DNA of 64,000 nucleotides from Octopus vulgaris (GCA_951406725.2 OX597830.1:52142001-52206000), one strand, 5' to 3'. Shown: positions 40,700 to 54,954, numbered from the stretch's first letter. A program made the numbers and translations. The notes: generated from the letters alone by a model not told the origin.

Positions 40700-41410
40700 T
40701 ATGCTTGCATCTGTTGAACATTGTGATCATGAGTTCAGTATCATGTTGGGGATCATAGATTTAGACAAAATGGGGATCCTTTCGGCCAAACAAACATTAC
40801 ATTTATTTGAACCATTTACGTACCGTGTAAAATTTTCAATCACCCTACATTTAATCACGCATGGTATTTTCCCCCTTCAGGTCCCAAACGTAGCTAACCA
40901 ATTTCGTGGCTTTACTTTTCTGACTATGACTGGATATGCTAATAACATTGAGTATTTGACTTTTAGTCAGTCACCAGTCAACCATCACTATGCAGTGAAC
41001 ACAATGTTTACCTTGGTAGTGACATTTGCCGGACGTTCAGTACGTGGGTCAACTTCGAGTCTCTCCCTTGCTTTACTAAATTCAGATGCCCATTTCAATT
41101 TCGCCTTGTGGATAGAGTTGGAGCATCATACCCTAAAGTGGCAAACATGTCAGCATGCATGTCGTTGGGGGCTAAACCGTTGTTCTGAAGGTACTTGGTA
41201 ACACACGATGCTAAATTTTGTCCATTTTCAAGAGAAATCGCCACTAGTTACATTTGAAATATTCGTTAAACAGTCAGATATCAGTTTACTTGAAAAAAGC
41301 AAAAAAAAACAAAAAAAAAACATCGTAGTTAATAACAAGGGTTAAAATTAATGCATGCAAAACTTCACGTCTCTAGCATCCATCATGGCCAGTCTTTACC
41401 TATGAAGGTT
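40700..41410 (-). mobile_element. Decayed mariner 5' fragment
   Basis: MDKI*HR..KYLQNNGLAPNDMHADMFATLGYDAP..WASEF..DPRTERPA across frameshifts. Confidence 0.65.
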
Positions 41411-43294
41411 TCAGCACATATTCGTATATGAGTGGGTATGTACGTGTGTGTGTGTGAGCGCATGGATGTATACATAGGTATATGTGTGTTTGTGTGTGCG
41501 TGTGTGTGTACGAGTGCGTATATGTGTCTGAGTGTGAGTATATGTATACATACATACATACATACATACACAGAAACACACACATACACACATACGTACA
41601 CGAAAGAGCCGTTTCACTTCCTGATATAAAGAGGGAGACAAAGTGTGTGCATTGTGTGTGTGAGAGAGAACGAGAGAGACAGAGACAGACAGACAGAATC
41701 GGAGACAGAGACAGACAAAGAGAGACAGAGAGAAAGAGAGAGATAGAAAGTAATGGGTAAACGAGAGAACTAGAATATGAGAGAGATGGGTGACAGATAT
41801 GTCACCATCAGGCATTAAAATAGCTGTGCTTCGACATAAATCATTGGGATGTGACTGATGACAAAAGACTCATATTACATGAATCTCTTGGATATCATCA
41901 AGAAATTGCCTCTCTGGCGATATTTCACACACCTCTGTAAGATTGGCAGATCGAATGTAGTAGAGCAATTCCAGTTGGCATTCTTAATACAGCAAAAAAC
42001 TTATTATACATGATGTTACTGTATGTATGCATGTATGTATATATGTATGTACGTACGTATGTATGTTTGTGTGTGTAGTGAGGATATAGGGCCTTGCCTC
42101 GGTTGAGAGTAAACGTGATAAAATTTGTCCTATTTTAAAATGATGTTACTGTATGTAAGCATGTATGTATGCATGTATGTATGCATGTATGTATATATGT
42201 ATGTACGTAAGTATGTATGTTTGTGTATGTAGGTATGTGAATGTATGTATGCATGTATGTATCTGTATGAATGCATGTAGTTAAGTAGGTAGATAGGTAT
42301 GCATGAATGCATGTATTTGTGTATATATATGTAAACACATAGACATGCACGCACACACATACATACATACATACATACATACATACATACATACATACAT
42401 ACATACGTACATACATACATATATATATACATACATACATACATTCATACATACATACATACATACACACAAACAAACAAACAGATAAGTTTAAACTATT
42501 TCGTTGTTTGTAGTCTTCGGAATTCGGCGATTCTGGCACTTTGAATTTAACAATGGTTGATCACAAACCTATACACACATACATACATACAAACATACTT
42601 AGACAGATCAAGTGCACTTAAACATACCTGTGTGTGGGGTGGGGCCGCCTGTGTGTGTGTTCATGTCTACATATCTGTGTATTTTTAACATCATAAGAAC
42701 AAATATTTCTTGAATAATTTTCTTAGATGATCTCATAAACCATATTGCTTAGTTCTAACAGCCATTTATTGGAGACGTTAATTGCAAAGAATTTGCTTCT
42801 AGCTTCAGTAATATTATCAGAAGTATTCGTCAAGATTTTGGTTAGTTCTTGTGCAGTGTTTGATCTCCTTTGTTATTTTATTTTATGATTGGATCAGATC
42901 ATATGGAATATGGTAAAAGATCAGAAATGACGTGAGTTATAATGTTGTTGCAACATCAATAGAAACTGTTCTCGCATACTTCGCTGGTTTCACAAACAAT
43001 CGTTTCAACATAATCTCTTTTGGCTAACATCATACTATATATGTGTGGTAGTATATATGTACGGTGGTACTTAGTGTAAAGAATGACGGCAGGCGGAGAA
43101 GAAGGTGATGGCTATAGTATGTGATGCTAGAGATATATAACGTACGCCATTTAATATTGCGGAATTTAGACGTTCGTATATATACACACACACACACACA
43201 CACAAATACACTCACATACGTATATATGTGAATATATGCATTCAAATAAGTGTATATAATATACATATACATAGGCATATATCTATATATATAT

Positions 43295-43594
43295 ATTATA
43301 TAATTAGGGCTTAGTGAAATAAATTACTTTGCCACATACTGAACTTAGTAGAAATAGTAGCAAAAAAAAAAAAAAAAAAAAACGTACTCAAACGATCTAT
43401 GTACTTGTGATATTTTTCTGTATTTACCTCCAAACTTTCGTGGGCTGTCTGGAGTAAGCATTATCTGAGAGAAATTTTCTTTAAGTAGTAGAAATGCTAA
43501 GAAAATTTTTTTATTTTTTTTTTTTTTTGCTACTATTTCTACTAAGTTCAGTATGTGGCAAAGTAATTTATTTTACTAAGCCTAATTATATAAT
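43295..43594. mobile_element. Fold-back element in (TA)n
   Basis: ~80-bp inverted arms ATTATATAATTAGG..AATTACTTTGCCACATACTGAACTTAGTAGAAATAGTAGC-A(n) and reverse complement. Confidence 0.85.
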
Positions 43595-43684
43595 GTAAAA
43601 TTTTGAATTCGCCTTAAATGGTCCTTTTAATACTGAACACTTGGTGAAATTGATTAATTAATTAATTTTACCCTCAATTGTTGA

Positions 43685-43745
<61 letters not shown>

Positions 43746-43859
43746 GAAGGGTTGTGTATTTCCAGGCAGGAACAAATATAGGCAAATTTGTTGTTAAAAA
43801 TGTACCTATATTTAGGTGCACCAAATTTCGTTGCATTTTCAACAACAAATTTGCCTTAT

Positions 43860-43890
<31 letters not shown>

Positions 43891-43916
43891 CATACCTACA
43901 TATATATACATACATA

Positions 43917-43956
<40 letters not shown>

Positions 43957-44039
43957 CATACATACATACATACATACATACATACATACATACATACATA
44001 CATACATACATACATACATACATACACGCATATGTATAT

Positions 44040-44203
44040 ATAGGACAGTCTTTCAGTTTCCGTCCACCGGATCCACTCACGAGGCTGTGGTCGGTCCGAA
44101 TCTATGGCAGAAGACACTTGGCGAAAGTGTCACGTAGTAGGACTGAACCCAGAACCATGAGTTTGGGAAGTAAGCCTCTTACCATACAGCTACGCTCACG
44201 CCT
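44040..44203 (-). mobile_element. SINE family B 5' half, diverged
   Basis: Reverse complement of head and CORE-like body. Confidence 0.75.
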
Positions 44204-44250
44204 ATATATCTATGTCTATATATATATATGTGTATATATATATATATATA

Positions 44251-45231
44251 CTTTGATACTTTGATACTTTGATAGGTTTCGGCCATTATTGGCCCAGGCC
44301 ATGTCTAACTTAATAGCACCACCTGGTGAAGTCTTTCAAGTCAGAATTTGGGCACTATGGCCCACTCAAGTAGAGAGTTATTGTTTACAGAGACATATCC
44401 GGGTGTAGGGGGTTTATCCGGGATTTCTTGAAGGAATCTGTCCAAAGACTTCTTGAACCCTATAGAGTCAGTTTCTATTTTAATGTGTTTTGGTGTAATG
44501 TTAAAGAGAGCGGGGCCAATTGAGGTGAAATAATTGTGCCGTATTGTTGTTATGAGATGAGAGTGCGATTTTTGTTTTGGGCGGATGGCACGGGGCCCAA
44601 GCCTTGGATGTACCTTAAAGGTGATGCCAACATCATTTGGGCAATGCTGATGGAATATTTTCCACATCATGCAGATGATGTAGCGCTCACGACGACGTTG
44701 GAGAGAATAAAGTTTTAGCTTTTCTAGTCGACCCCAATAGTCGAGGCCTGTCATGCCATCTATCTTTTTTGTGATTGCCCTTTGAGGTGATTCAACTTTT
44801 ATGATACTTTGTATTGTCTGGGGAGACCACAGTGGACAACAGTATTCAAGGTGGGGTCGGGCAAAAGTGGAGAAGAGAAGGATAATGGTGTGGATATCTC
44901 TCGACTGGAAAGTTCTGAGAATCCAGGAACACATTCTGCGGGCCATGTCAACTTTGGTGTTTATATGAGTGGCCCAGCTTATGTTGTTGTCCACAATTAC
45001 TCCCAAGTCTCTGATGTTGTTGGACGCCGCGAGAGTTTCACCTGAAGGAAGGGAGTATGGGAGTTTCAGGGCATCCTCTTTTCCAAAGTGGATTAACTCA
45101 AATTTATCCTCGTTCAGCAGCATATTGTTTTTTTCTGCCCATTGGATAACAGCTAGTAGATCTGACTGAAGGCATGTCCGGTCACTCGCCTCATTTATGA
45201 CCTTCTGTAGCTTGGAATCATCTGCAAAGAT
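44251..45231 (-). mobile_element. Young 5'-truncated CR1-group LINE
   Basis: Uninterrupted RT C-terminal frame, short 3' UTR, (TATCAAAG)n tail, inserted in (TA)n. Confidence 0.93.
44341..45231 (-). pseudogene. LINE reverse transcriptase C-terminal fragment
   Basis: [41 protein letters not shown]; no stops, N-terminus missing. Confidence 0.92.
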
Positions 45232-45351
45232 TTTTTTTTTTTTATATATACATACATATATATACATATATAAATATATATATATACATATATACATATA
45301 TATATACATACATATATATACTTATATATACTTATATATACATACATACAT

Positions 45352-45394
<43 letters not shown>

Positions 45395-46028
45395 TGTGTG
45401 TATGTTTGTTTGTAAAGAGATAAAAGATGGAGAACCATTATATATGGTCGTAACTTATCTACAGGTATTTGTCTATCGTTTGTCTCTTTGTTACTTGCTC
45501 GAGCTATGTATTTCTCATGGTCAACTCTTATTCTGCCGGTCTATCTTACCCTGATTAAGAAGTTGGAATTTAAGAATCTCACCAATGTGAACACTATTTC
45601 GGTGCCTATCTATTCTTATATTAATTTCTCTTCATTCAGGACACCCCCCACACACACACACACACATACACACAGAGGCAGCAGACAGTGCCCTAGTATA
45701 GCCGCTGTCAATGACTAAGACAATAATGTAAAATATGTGTGTGTGTGTGTGTGGTTGTCTGTGTGTTTGATTGTCTGTGTGTGTGTGTGATTTCTAAAAA
45801 TGAAAAACGTTTAATATTTATTTCTACACAGCGTAGAGATTGGTATGAATTGCTGTCGTAATCAAGTATATCATTCCTGGATATGTACATAATACCAGCC
45901 TGAATTCGAACCCGGAACTCTTACTTCTAGATTGAATTACATGATTTATTTACAAAAATTTCTATGAATACTTTTTTTGATTTGCTTCTGCTCCATCTTA
46001 TTTTCTCTTTTACTTCTTCAGTCACTCT

Positions 46029-46088
<60 letters not shown>

Positions 46089-46188
46089 ATATATATATAT
46101 ATGCATGTGTATGAGGGTGTGTATGTGTGTGAATGTATGTATATTGTATGTATACGCACACACAGCGATGTATATATAACGGGAGAGA

Positions 46189-46223
<35 letters not shown>

Positions 46224-46252
46224 TATAGATATATGTATGCATACATACATAC

Positions 46253-46295
<43 letters not shown>

Positions 46296-46316
46296 TATAG
46301 ATATATATATGCATAT

Positions 46317-46378
<62 letters not shown>

Positions 46379-47461
46379 CAATGTCTATTTTCCTATTCTC
46401 TCTCAACATATATATATATGTATATATAAAGAAAGAGAGAGAGAGAGAGGGGGGGAGATAGAAGTCATTATTCAGTGTCCAATATTTAAGGATTTCTCGC
46501 CATCTTCTCTCCAACAGACCCAGAAATGTCAAATACGGTGCCTTCAGCAAATTCTAAAGGACTACTTGCTAATTGATTTCCTGTGTTCCCACCGAAGTTA
46601 GGTGAAGTCCTAAACATATTTAACCACCGAATGATTGAATCAACGCTGAACCACAAGAGAAAATCAAGAACATGTTTTCCATGCAAGAATTTCAACCAAT
46701 ACATTGCAACGTATAATTTCGTCCAATAAAATAGTTTAGAGTTCCATCCATTTTCTCTGACAATTCCACCAATAAAAGCAGTAATATTTACCATCAACAC
46801 TTCTTAGATGCCTTCCTAACGTTAGCCGTTATTCTACAATGTATTTGAATTGCAGCGAGTAAATAACTAATTCTGCCGTGTTTTTCTTTCTATGTAGCTT
46901 TTTGGTCAAACTTAAATCTACAATTTCCTGGTTTCAAAATCGAGAATAGACGAAAATTTACATTATTTCCGAGTGGTGGTGTTTGTGGTTTTGGTTGTGT
47001 CGAATTAGGTGGTGGTGGTGGTAGCCTTGGTAGGAATCATCGTTGTCGCCGTCATCGATATCATCATGGTCGTATGTTTAGCCCCAGTTCAGAAAGTGTT
47101 GAGTATAGCGATAATCAAACCCGTTCCAATTATGACCATCCTGTATTTTCTTTTTACAGATAGAGTATATCTAGGACTACATTCTCCAATCCATTGACAC
47201 ATTCGTTTATAGAAAAATAGCAGTTACTTACTTGCGGGAATTTGGCCGCAAGTTTTGCGGTTGGGTCGACCACTCAGAGCCCCGCAAAAGAGATTAATGC
47301 TGGTTGCGATAACCAGGAGTACCTAAAATTTCATACATCACTAAAACATTATATTTTGAAGCTATGAACTGCCTGTATATGTCGGCCACCTGTTTTAGCT
47401 TCTAGCATCTGGCCTACACTTGTATGTGTGTGTACGTATGTATCTCTCTCTTTGTATATAC

Positions 47462-47528
<67 letters not shown>

Positions 47529-47624
47529 TATGTAGAAAGTTGAAAAGGAACACACGAGTTGATATATATATATGGAAACAATGTCAAGATAGAAAATGCT
47601 AAAATAATTTTATAAAAAACATTT

Positions 47625-47660
47625 CAGTACCGGTTTCAGTCATTGAGTCTTCTTCAACTG
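47625..47660 (-). ncRNA. Hammerhead variant (U3:G8), left arm
   Basis: Minus strand cag-TTGAAGA-AGAC-tcaat-GACT-GAAA-CCGG-TA-ctg; one stem II mismatch. Confidence 0.55.
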
Positions 47661-47852
47661 TAAGTATGGAAAACAATAAAATTTTGGAAAAATTAACAGA
47701 AAATTTTTTTAATGAATATTTGCATAGTGTTCAAATACAAGTGGCAGTTTCCTTGTTTCTGCCTGTCTCTGTCTATTTGAAGTCTATGCAAATATTCTTT
47801 TAAAAAAACTTTTCTTTTAATTTTTCCAAAATTTAATTGTTTTCCATACTTA

Positions 47853-47888
47853 CAGTTGAAAAAGTCTTAATGACTGAAACCGGTACTG
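47853..47888 (+). ncRNA. Hammerhead variant (U3:A8), right arm
   Basis: CAG-TTGAAAA-AGTC-ttaat-GACT-GAAA-CCGG-TA-CTG; all three stems pair, GUA triplet, palindromic ACCGGT. Confidence 0.7.
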
Positions 47889-48676
47889 AAATGTTTTTTA
47901 TAAAATTATATTAGCATTTTCCATCTTTACTTTTTTTCCATATATATATATATATTTGCATATTTATATATTTATATATTTATATGCATACTTATGTATA
48001 TATACACATATATAGATAAATGCATATATATTTATGTTTATAGGTTTGTATGCATGTATGTATTATGTTTTTGTGTGTATGCATGCATGTATGCATATAC
48101 TTGAAGGACACAATAAGAAGGATGACTATTCCCTATAAAAGACCTGCTAACGACATTCTGTTGTTTATATTCAATGTTATATCAGCATTTTCGGTCAATC
48201 GTTCCACAAAGGAGCAAAGCATCATGTATGAAATTCCTTCATATAATTAGCAAGACAAATAATAAATTCTTTTCTGGTACCAAGTTATATTCGATTACGA
48301 ATAATCATATACATACACACATAGCTACCTACACATATACACATGCATACACACATGAATACATATACACATACATATATAAATACATACATATATACAT
48401 ATATATACACACACACATACATAATGTATGTATAAACCGACACACAGTGGTATATATGTGTGTGCGCGCGCGAGTGCGTGTGCGTGTTTGTGCATGTACT
48501 TACGTATATATTTGTATATATAGTAACATCTGATGATGATGGTGATGTTGCTGATGAGAGGCAAATAATTAGATAGACCGCATCTCTATATTTGTATATG
48601 AATATACATCTATATGTATATTTATATACACCTACAGAGATGTAGTATATCTACCTATTTGTCTACCATCAACACT

Positions 48677-48709
<33 letters not shown>

Positions 48710-48787
48710 GTCTGTATGTATGTCTGTATGTATGTATATATATATATGTATGTGTGTATATATATACATATATATATGTTTATATAC

Positions 48788-48832
<45 letters not shown>

Positions 48833-49444
48833 CATATATATATATATACACACACATCTATGCATATACATATATATTGAGATGTAAACATAGACACATA
48901 CATACATGATTAAAAAAGCAGATTTGATAGAAAAATTCCCTCTAGTTCCTTCTAATTCCATTGTCTGCCATATCCTTTTCATGAATACAAATAAAATCTA
49001 TTATCAATACTTCGTTATTGCTGTTATAATTGTTGTTTTTTCTATTGTTATTATATATTGTTTATAAATAAAAAAAAAAGATAATCTCACGCCATCTAGA
49101 TATGGTATACAAAGAGTGTGTATTATACATATGAGGTTTTTCATTACAAGTATTCTAGTTGATTTATTTGGAAGATAACAAAACAGTTAGTGTCATAAAT
49201 CTTAAAATATAGAATTCAACATTCGAGTTATCACACAAAATGATGCGGGTTTTTTTTACATTTTGTCTCTTTGTTAACGTTCTTTAGGTTCGTTCATATC
49301 TGTCCAACATACGTACACATATTACTCTATGTGTGTGTATATATATATATAATGCACACACACATATGTATATATATACATGGTAAATGTGTTATTTATC
49401 TATATGTACATATATGTATTTATTTATATATATATATATGTATT

Positions 49445-49482
<38 letters not shown>

Positions 49483-49825
49483 TATATACATATATATATA
49501 TATTATATACATTTGTATGTGTGGGTGAATTAGAGTGTGTGTTTGTGTGTGTGCATTTTACATATAATGAGTACTATCGTAGAATTTCGATAATATTTTT
49601 GTCTGGTATATACTAACATTGTAGAGGAAAATATTTCTACACTGAAAGTTAAATTTTAAAAACATAGGGACACATTTATTGTATATTTAGAGGGAAAAGG
49701 ATGAGAACCAAAACGTCAAACTGTTAAATGGATGATGTGATGATGATGATGTTTAAGATAATTTTAATGATGATGATGATAGTAACGATAATGGACAGGG
49801 TTTGTAGGTGCGTAGGCATATAGGC

Positions 49826-49920
<95 letters not shown>

Positions 49921-49929
49921 GTAGATAGG

Positions 49930-49996
<67 letters not shown>

Positions 49997-50169
49997 GTAG
50001 GTAGGTAAACAGAGAGATACACACAAGTTTGTGTGGTGTGTGTGCTGTGTGCCTGTGCGCGTGCCTATTTGTGAATACAGAGTGCAGGAGGTATTTGTCG
50101 ACATTTAATTGTCACAACATACATTATTCTCTTCAGACCAAATAAAAGATTCTTATATTGTTTCGGGTC

Positions 50170-51410
50170 CGCCGTGGCACACAAAATGCTAGCATAAGAC
50201 ATGAAAAGCCTTGCATTCAATGTTGTCACACCTGTGAAGTACAGTAATTTAATATTTGCTGACTTTTGAAATGTTGCAAGATCTTCTGTACTCAAAGTTC
50301 GGATGAAATTGGAAGCATTTTGAGTGTATATTTCAACTGCGTCAAAAAGAAAAATATCCTAAACGCTTAAACATTCTAAGGATACCGCAATTTAGTAAAC
50401 AGTTCCGAAACATTATCGGTAATGAGACTGGAAAATCAATGATGCCATAGCCTGATGTGCCGGAGCGATCTGTCAAAGAACTTCATGTACCGGAGCGATC
50501 TGTCAAAGAACCTCATGTGCCGGAGCGATCTGTCAAAGAACCTCATGTGCCGGAGCGATCTGTCAAAGAACCTCATGTGCCGGAGCGATCTGTCAAAGAA
50601 CCTCATGTGCCGGAGCGATCTGTCAAAGAACCTCATGTGCCGGAGCGATCTGTCAAAGAACCTCATGTGCCGGAGCGATCTGTCAAAGAACCTCATGTGC
50701 CGGAGCGATCTGTCGGGACTGTAGCGCGTAAGGACATTCGATACAAGTCATATGTACGGAAGAGAGAACAATTCATATCTACAAAGACCCAAGAAAACCG
50801 TTTGATCTGTGCCAAGCAGTTTCTTATCAAGGTTAAAACTCCTCACGATTAATAGTAAGCTTTGGTTTTCTCTAGTAAGAAAAACATCGTCCAAAACCAA
50901 ACCAAATTTGACAGGATAATGACGTATGATAAAATGCAGAACCTTCTAATCTCCCCTGAGTCATGTACACAAAGTTTCCAGCAACTGTGATGGTTTTAGG
51001 AGTACTGAATAAGAAAGGTACATCGGCTACCTCTCATCTTTCCATAAAGCCTTAGGATCAATGCTGTTGGATACGCTGAGATATTGGAAGTAGTTGGACC
51101 CTGGATGGATAAACTACGCAGTAGAAGGCTATACGTTTTCAACATGACTCAGCATCCTCTCACAAACCACCTTATAACTCAGGAACGGATGACCGCCGAT
51201 CTTCACGATCATATAACACCAAACTTGTGGACCCCATATTTGCCAGATTTAAATCCCATGGACTACTACGTTTGGAACACTAATCGAGATCCTTCACTGA
51301 AGACCGCTGTTTGCTCCGGATATGGTCAAAATCAATAACGGCCATTTAATACAGCAAAGTTAATGTTTATTAAAATACATTTCACTTTCAAAATTTAAAG
51401 AATTAATTAT
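50170..51410 (+). mobile_element. Decayed maT (DD37D) Tc1/mariner element
   Basis: DIRYKSY, HTKFPATVMVLG, QHDSAS..WTPYLPDLNPMDYYVW; 37 residues between the last two Asp after one frameshift. Confidence 0.75.
50455..50714 (+). repeat. 30-bp minisatellite, ~8.7 copies
   Basis: ATGTGCCGGAGCGATCTGTCAAAGAACCTC, near-identical head-to-tail units. Confidence 0.97.
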
Positions 51411-51479
51411 TCTATGAACGCCTATTTTCACAGGGATAATCGTTCTGGTTCAGACATTGGTTACAACGTGAGGAAATGG

Positions 51480-51800
51480 AATCACAAACATCAAGAAATT
51501 TTTCGTTGAGTATTTGTGCGCATTCGTGTTTACTGGTTACCCCCGCCCCCAATTCATCGAATGTAGCCGGGATTTTTAACGTAAATTTTGTCATTTGAGT
51601 ATCCATTTAAAGATGTCTAGTGGTGTGCGGTTCAGCGATCGTGGACGATACTCTACTGTACCCCCTCGTCCAATCCAATTGTTCGACAAAATTTTATCAA
51701 GGTAGACCCTTACCTTTCTATGGTAATGTGGGAGCTGGACCATCTTGCTGGAAACACAACTTTACATCTCCAAAATCCTCTTGAATGCTTAGCTTGATAG
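51480..51800 (-). mobile_element. Decayed rosa-type (DD41D) transposase fragment
   Basis: FQQDG..HYHRKVRVYLDKILSNNWIGRGGTVEYRPRSLNRTPLD. Confidence 0.65.
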
Positions 51801-53230
51801 ATTACCGTAACAAGCTCGAGTAAATGCGACCAGTTACATTAACATCAAAACAATTATCTATTTAACCCTTTTGATGGTAAACTCTACCAAAGAGTTATTC
51901 CTGTTAGCTTAACATGATGTTTTTTCGTAATGTGCAAAATTTCAGGTTCTAAGTAGGATCAAATATGGTGGTTAATTAAGCTAGTTAATTTAAATGGGGC
52001 CTCATCAATTCAAAGAACCTTTGTTGGAAAGTGTGCATCATTTACACTTCTCTGGTACCTACTCGATGACTCACATTGTTTTGTTTTTGTTCGCTATTTC
52101 TGTTCTCTTCAATCAGATCTGGTCTTCAGGTTTCAATAGTACTTTTTGTGGAAATCCCATAATATTCTATAATTATTTATAATTATATAACGGTGGTCGC
52201 CAATTTATAACGGCGTGGGTATTGAGAAAAATGATGAGTGGCAATTTATGACAGTGTGTGCCTTTACCATTAGCAATGGCTTCTTTCTTCGCCATTTTCA
52301 GGGATTCTGCAAGAGATGTCATGTAGGTTTCTAATTCTCTTCTGACAGAACGAAAAATCATCGGTGCGTTCGATTGCACATGAACAACCGATGTTAATGT
52401 AAATTTAACCGCCATCCTTTCGAACTCGTTAATATAACGAACCACTCAGAAACGACTGATCAGCGTGATTTTTAAACAGTCAGACGAGACATTTCGCGAG
52501 ACTTGCTCCAAACGTTTGTATTCTGTGTCCCTGAAATCTTAGAAGTAGTGGACTTAATCCATTGCTAGGTTTAACACAACTATCTTGTCCTTGTGTACTA
52601 TTAGGGCATTTCACACTATTACAGTTATTCGGCATTTGGTCTGTCTCCCCGGTTTTAGCATAACTTTCCCTATTTTTCTCAATAGTTGTGGAGTATCTGA
52701 AAAAGAAGCCATAAAGTCAAGGACACTGTCTTTTACTCTCCCTAGGTAGTAAAATAATTCACAGTTGGAATTCGCATCAATTATTCCAGTTATTAACCCC
52801 GTATTTCAATACGTTTTTAACCGATACTGTGCATGAATTAATGCTTTTCTTCCTTCCAGCTCTTCACCCAGTTTCCTTGTAACTTTCTTCTCTTCTTGTT
52901 GCCAATACTGTCATCAGATATTATGTTACCTTCTTAACATGGCCACTAACTTCAGGAAAATTCCGTTTAACATGGTTTTCTTACGTTTTTGCCTTTTTTT
53001 CCCCATTTTATTTTACTTTATCTTATTGACTTATTTTGCTATCCAGCAGAACAGAAGAGGAAATGATTGCACAAATTTTAATAAATTATCTTGGTTGGTC
53101 GACAGGAAAAATTATTCAGGAATTATTTAACGTGGAATTTTACTAAAAAACAACAATCGGAATCTTCTTTAGTGATTCAAATTTACAGCTTCGTACACAA
53201 TGATAATGCAGTCTCATATATACAAGTATG

Positions 53231-53293
<63 letters not shown>

Positions 53294-53299
53294 TATATG

Positions 53300-53339
<40 letters not shown>

Positions 53340-53359
53340 TACATATATATATATGTGTC

Positions 53360-53438
<79 letters not shown>

Positions 53439-54630
53439 ATGTATGTATGGAAATAAATGAAATAAATATGAGTTAATGACTTCCTGCCGAAAAATTCTTG
53501 GATTCGCTGCAAAAAATGTGACAGTTGGGTTTCTTCATATGAAAACGAAATGACATGGAAAGATTTAGATTTAACATTAGTATTTTTGATATTTGTTCTC
53601 TATTTCATAATATTTACTTGGATTTTTCTGGATAGGGATAGCTTGTAGGGTGGAGGTACCCAAAAATGTTTTATTTTTTATTTTGTTCTGTTTTGTTTTG
53701 CTATGTTTTTTACCTTTTGTTCCTTAATTTTCAATATTGACAAATCGTATATTTCAATATCGGAACGATATGGAAGTGTCAAGGTTTAGCGGTGGTGGAT
53801 CATTTCCTTCTACCATAACCGTTTCCTTGGAATCACAATTTGAAATGTCAGCAGCTTAAGGATTCTCACCATAACAAGCATAAGAGAATATTTGGGGCTT
53901 CTTTTAATGTTTTATTTTTGTCGCTTTTCTCCGGAAACCTGTAAAAAGTGTTCCTCTGCACCTTATCTTTATTATCGAATGAAAGCAGTTCATTCCTTAT
54001 TTTTCTTCTTTTTTTTCCATTTTACCGAATTCCGAGAAAGTATTGTTAAGTTAAGAAATGAGATCTTTTGTTATAAAATCACCAACTGTCATGGAAAGCG
54101 GGAGAAGTAAATAGAATCTTCAGTAGATAGTTCTTCTTCATTTTCTTGTATTCTAAATAAAACGTTTTCAATAGGCGACTCGCTATCGTTGCTTATACCA
54201 GAATTTAACCCTGTTTCACTACTTCCCTAGCAACTACAAGCAATACTGGCAAAAAAGAAGGCGATTATTCGCAGATATTATCGAAATTCTCGTCTTTTCA
54301 GCCAGCGAAATTGCAATCTCAGCCTGTCCATTTGAACAAAGCAAACAAGACGAAGCCTCGTCATGGTGTAAAAGCGAACAATATCGTGATTAAAGTCTTT
54401 TTTATTCAGCAACACGTCATCGTTCTCGTTTCTGACACATTTCTCATATATCATGAATTGACTTTCATTCACATTGACGATTGATCAGATTGGATATATG
54501 ACGTAAATCAGCCAATCATACTGATAGATTGCCAGCCACGCCGAACGTCAGACGTCAGAGATTTTGCGCTCCTAGGTTAGAAACCGATTACTGTAAAGAA
54601 AATGATTACAAATTAACAGCAACAACAACA

Positions 54631-54697
<67 letters not shown>

Positions 54698-54700
<3 letters not shown>

Positions 54701-54859
54701 AAAAAATTGCACTACTGGGCACTGCACACATCCTACGCAGAACACTTTCCATACAATAACCATCAGAGCATCACAACAAATCACAGCACATACCCAAGGC
54801 ACACAGAGCTGTGCTCGGTAGTGAAGTGAAAGCACGCTATAAAAATAAAAATAAAACTA

Positions 54860-54862
<3 letters not shown>
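54698..54862 (+). mobile_element. R4/Dong-like retrotransposon 3' end in (TAA)n
   Basis: IQKIALLGTAHILRRTLSIQ* plus short UTR. Confidence 0.8.
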
Positions 54863-54907
<45 letters not shown>

Positions 54908-54954
54908 TTATTCTTTTATTAGCCACGAGGGCTCACATACAAAAAAATTATAAT

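Larger units (their letters stand above)
47571..47942. mobile_element. Long palindromic fold-back element with two hammerheads
   Basis: ~165-bp inverted arms around a ~35-nt spacer, flanked by (TA)n. Confidence 0.9.

Noticed and set aside
45232-45309. N-terminal extension of the 322-aa RT ORF
   Set aside because: Derived from flanking poly(A) and (TA)n, not part of the LINE.
46486-46800. 104-aa non-repetitive ORF
   Set aside because: Non-ATG start, no recognisable domain and no clear splice signals; cannot be supported as an exon.
50455-50714. 30-bp repeats resembling a CRISPR array
   Set aside because: Units are head-to-tail with no spacers, there are no cas genes, and the context is a eukaryotic transposon.
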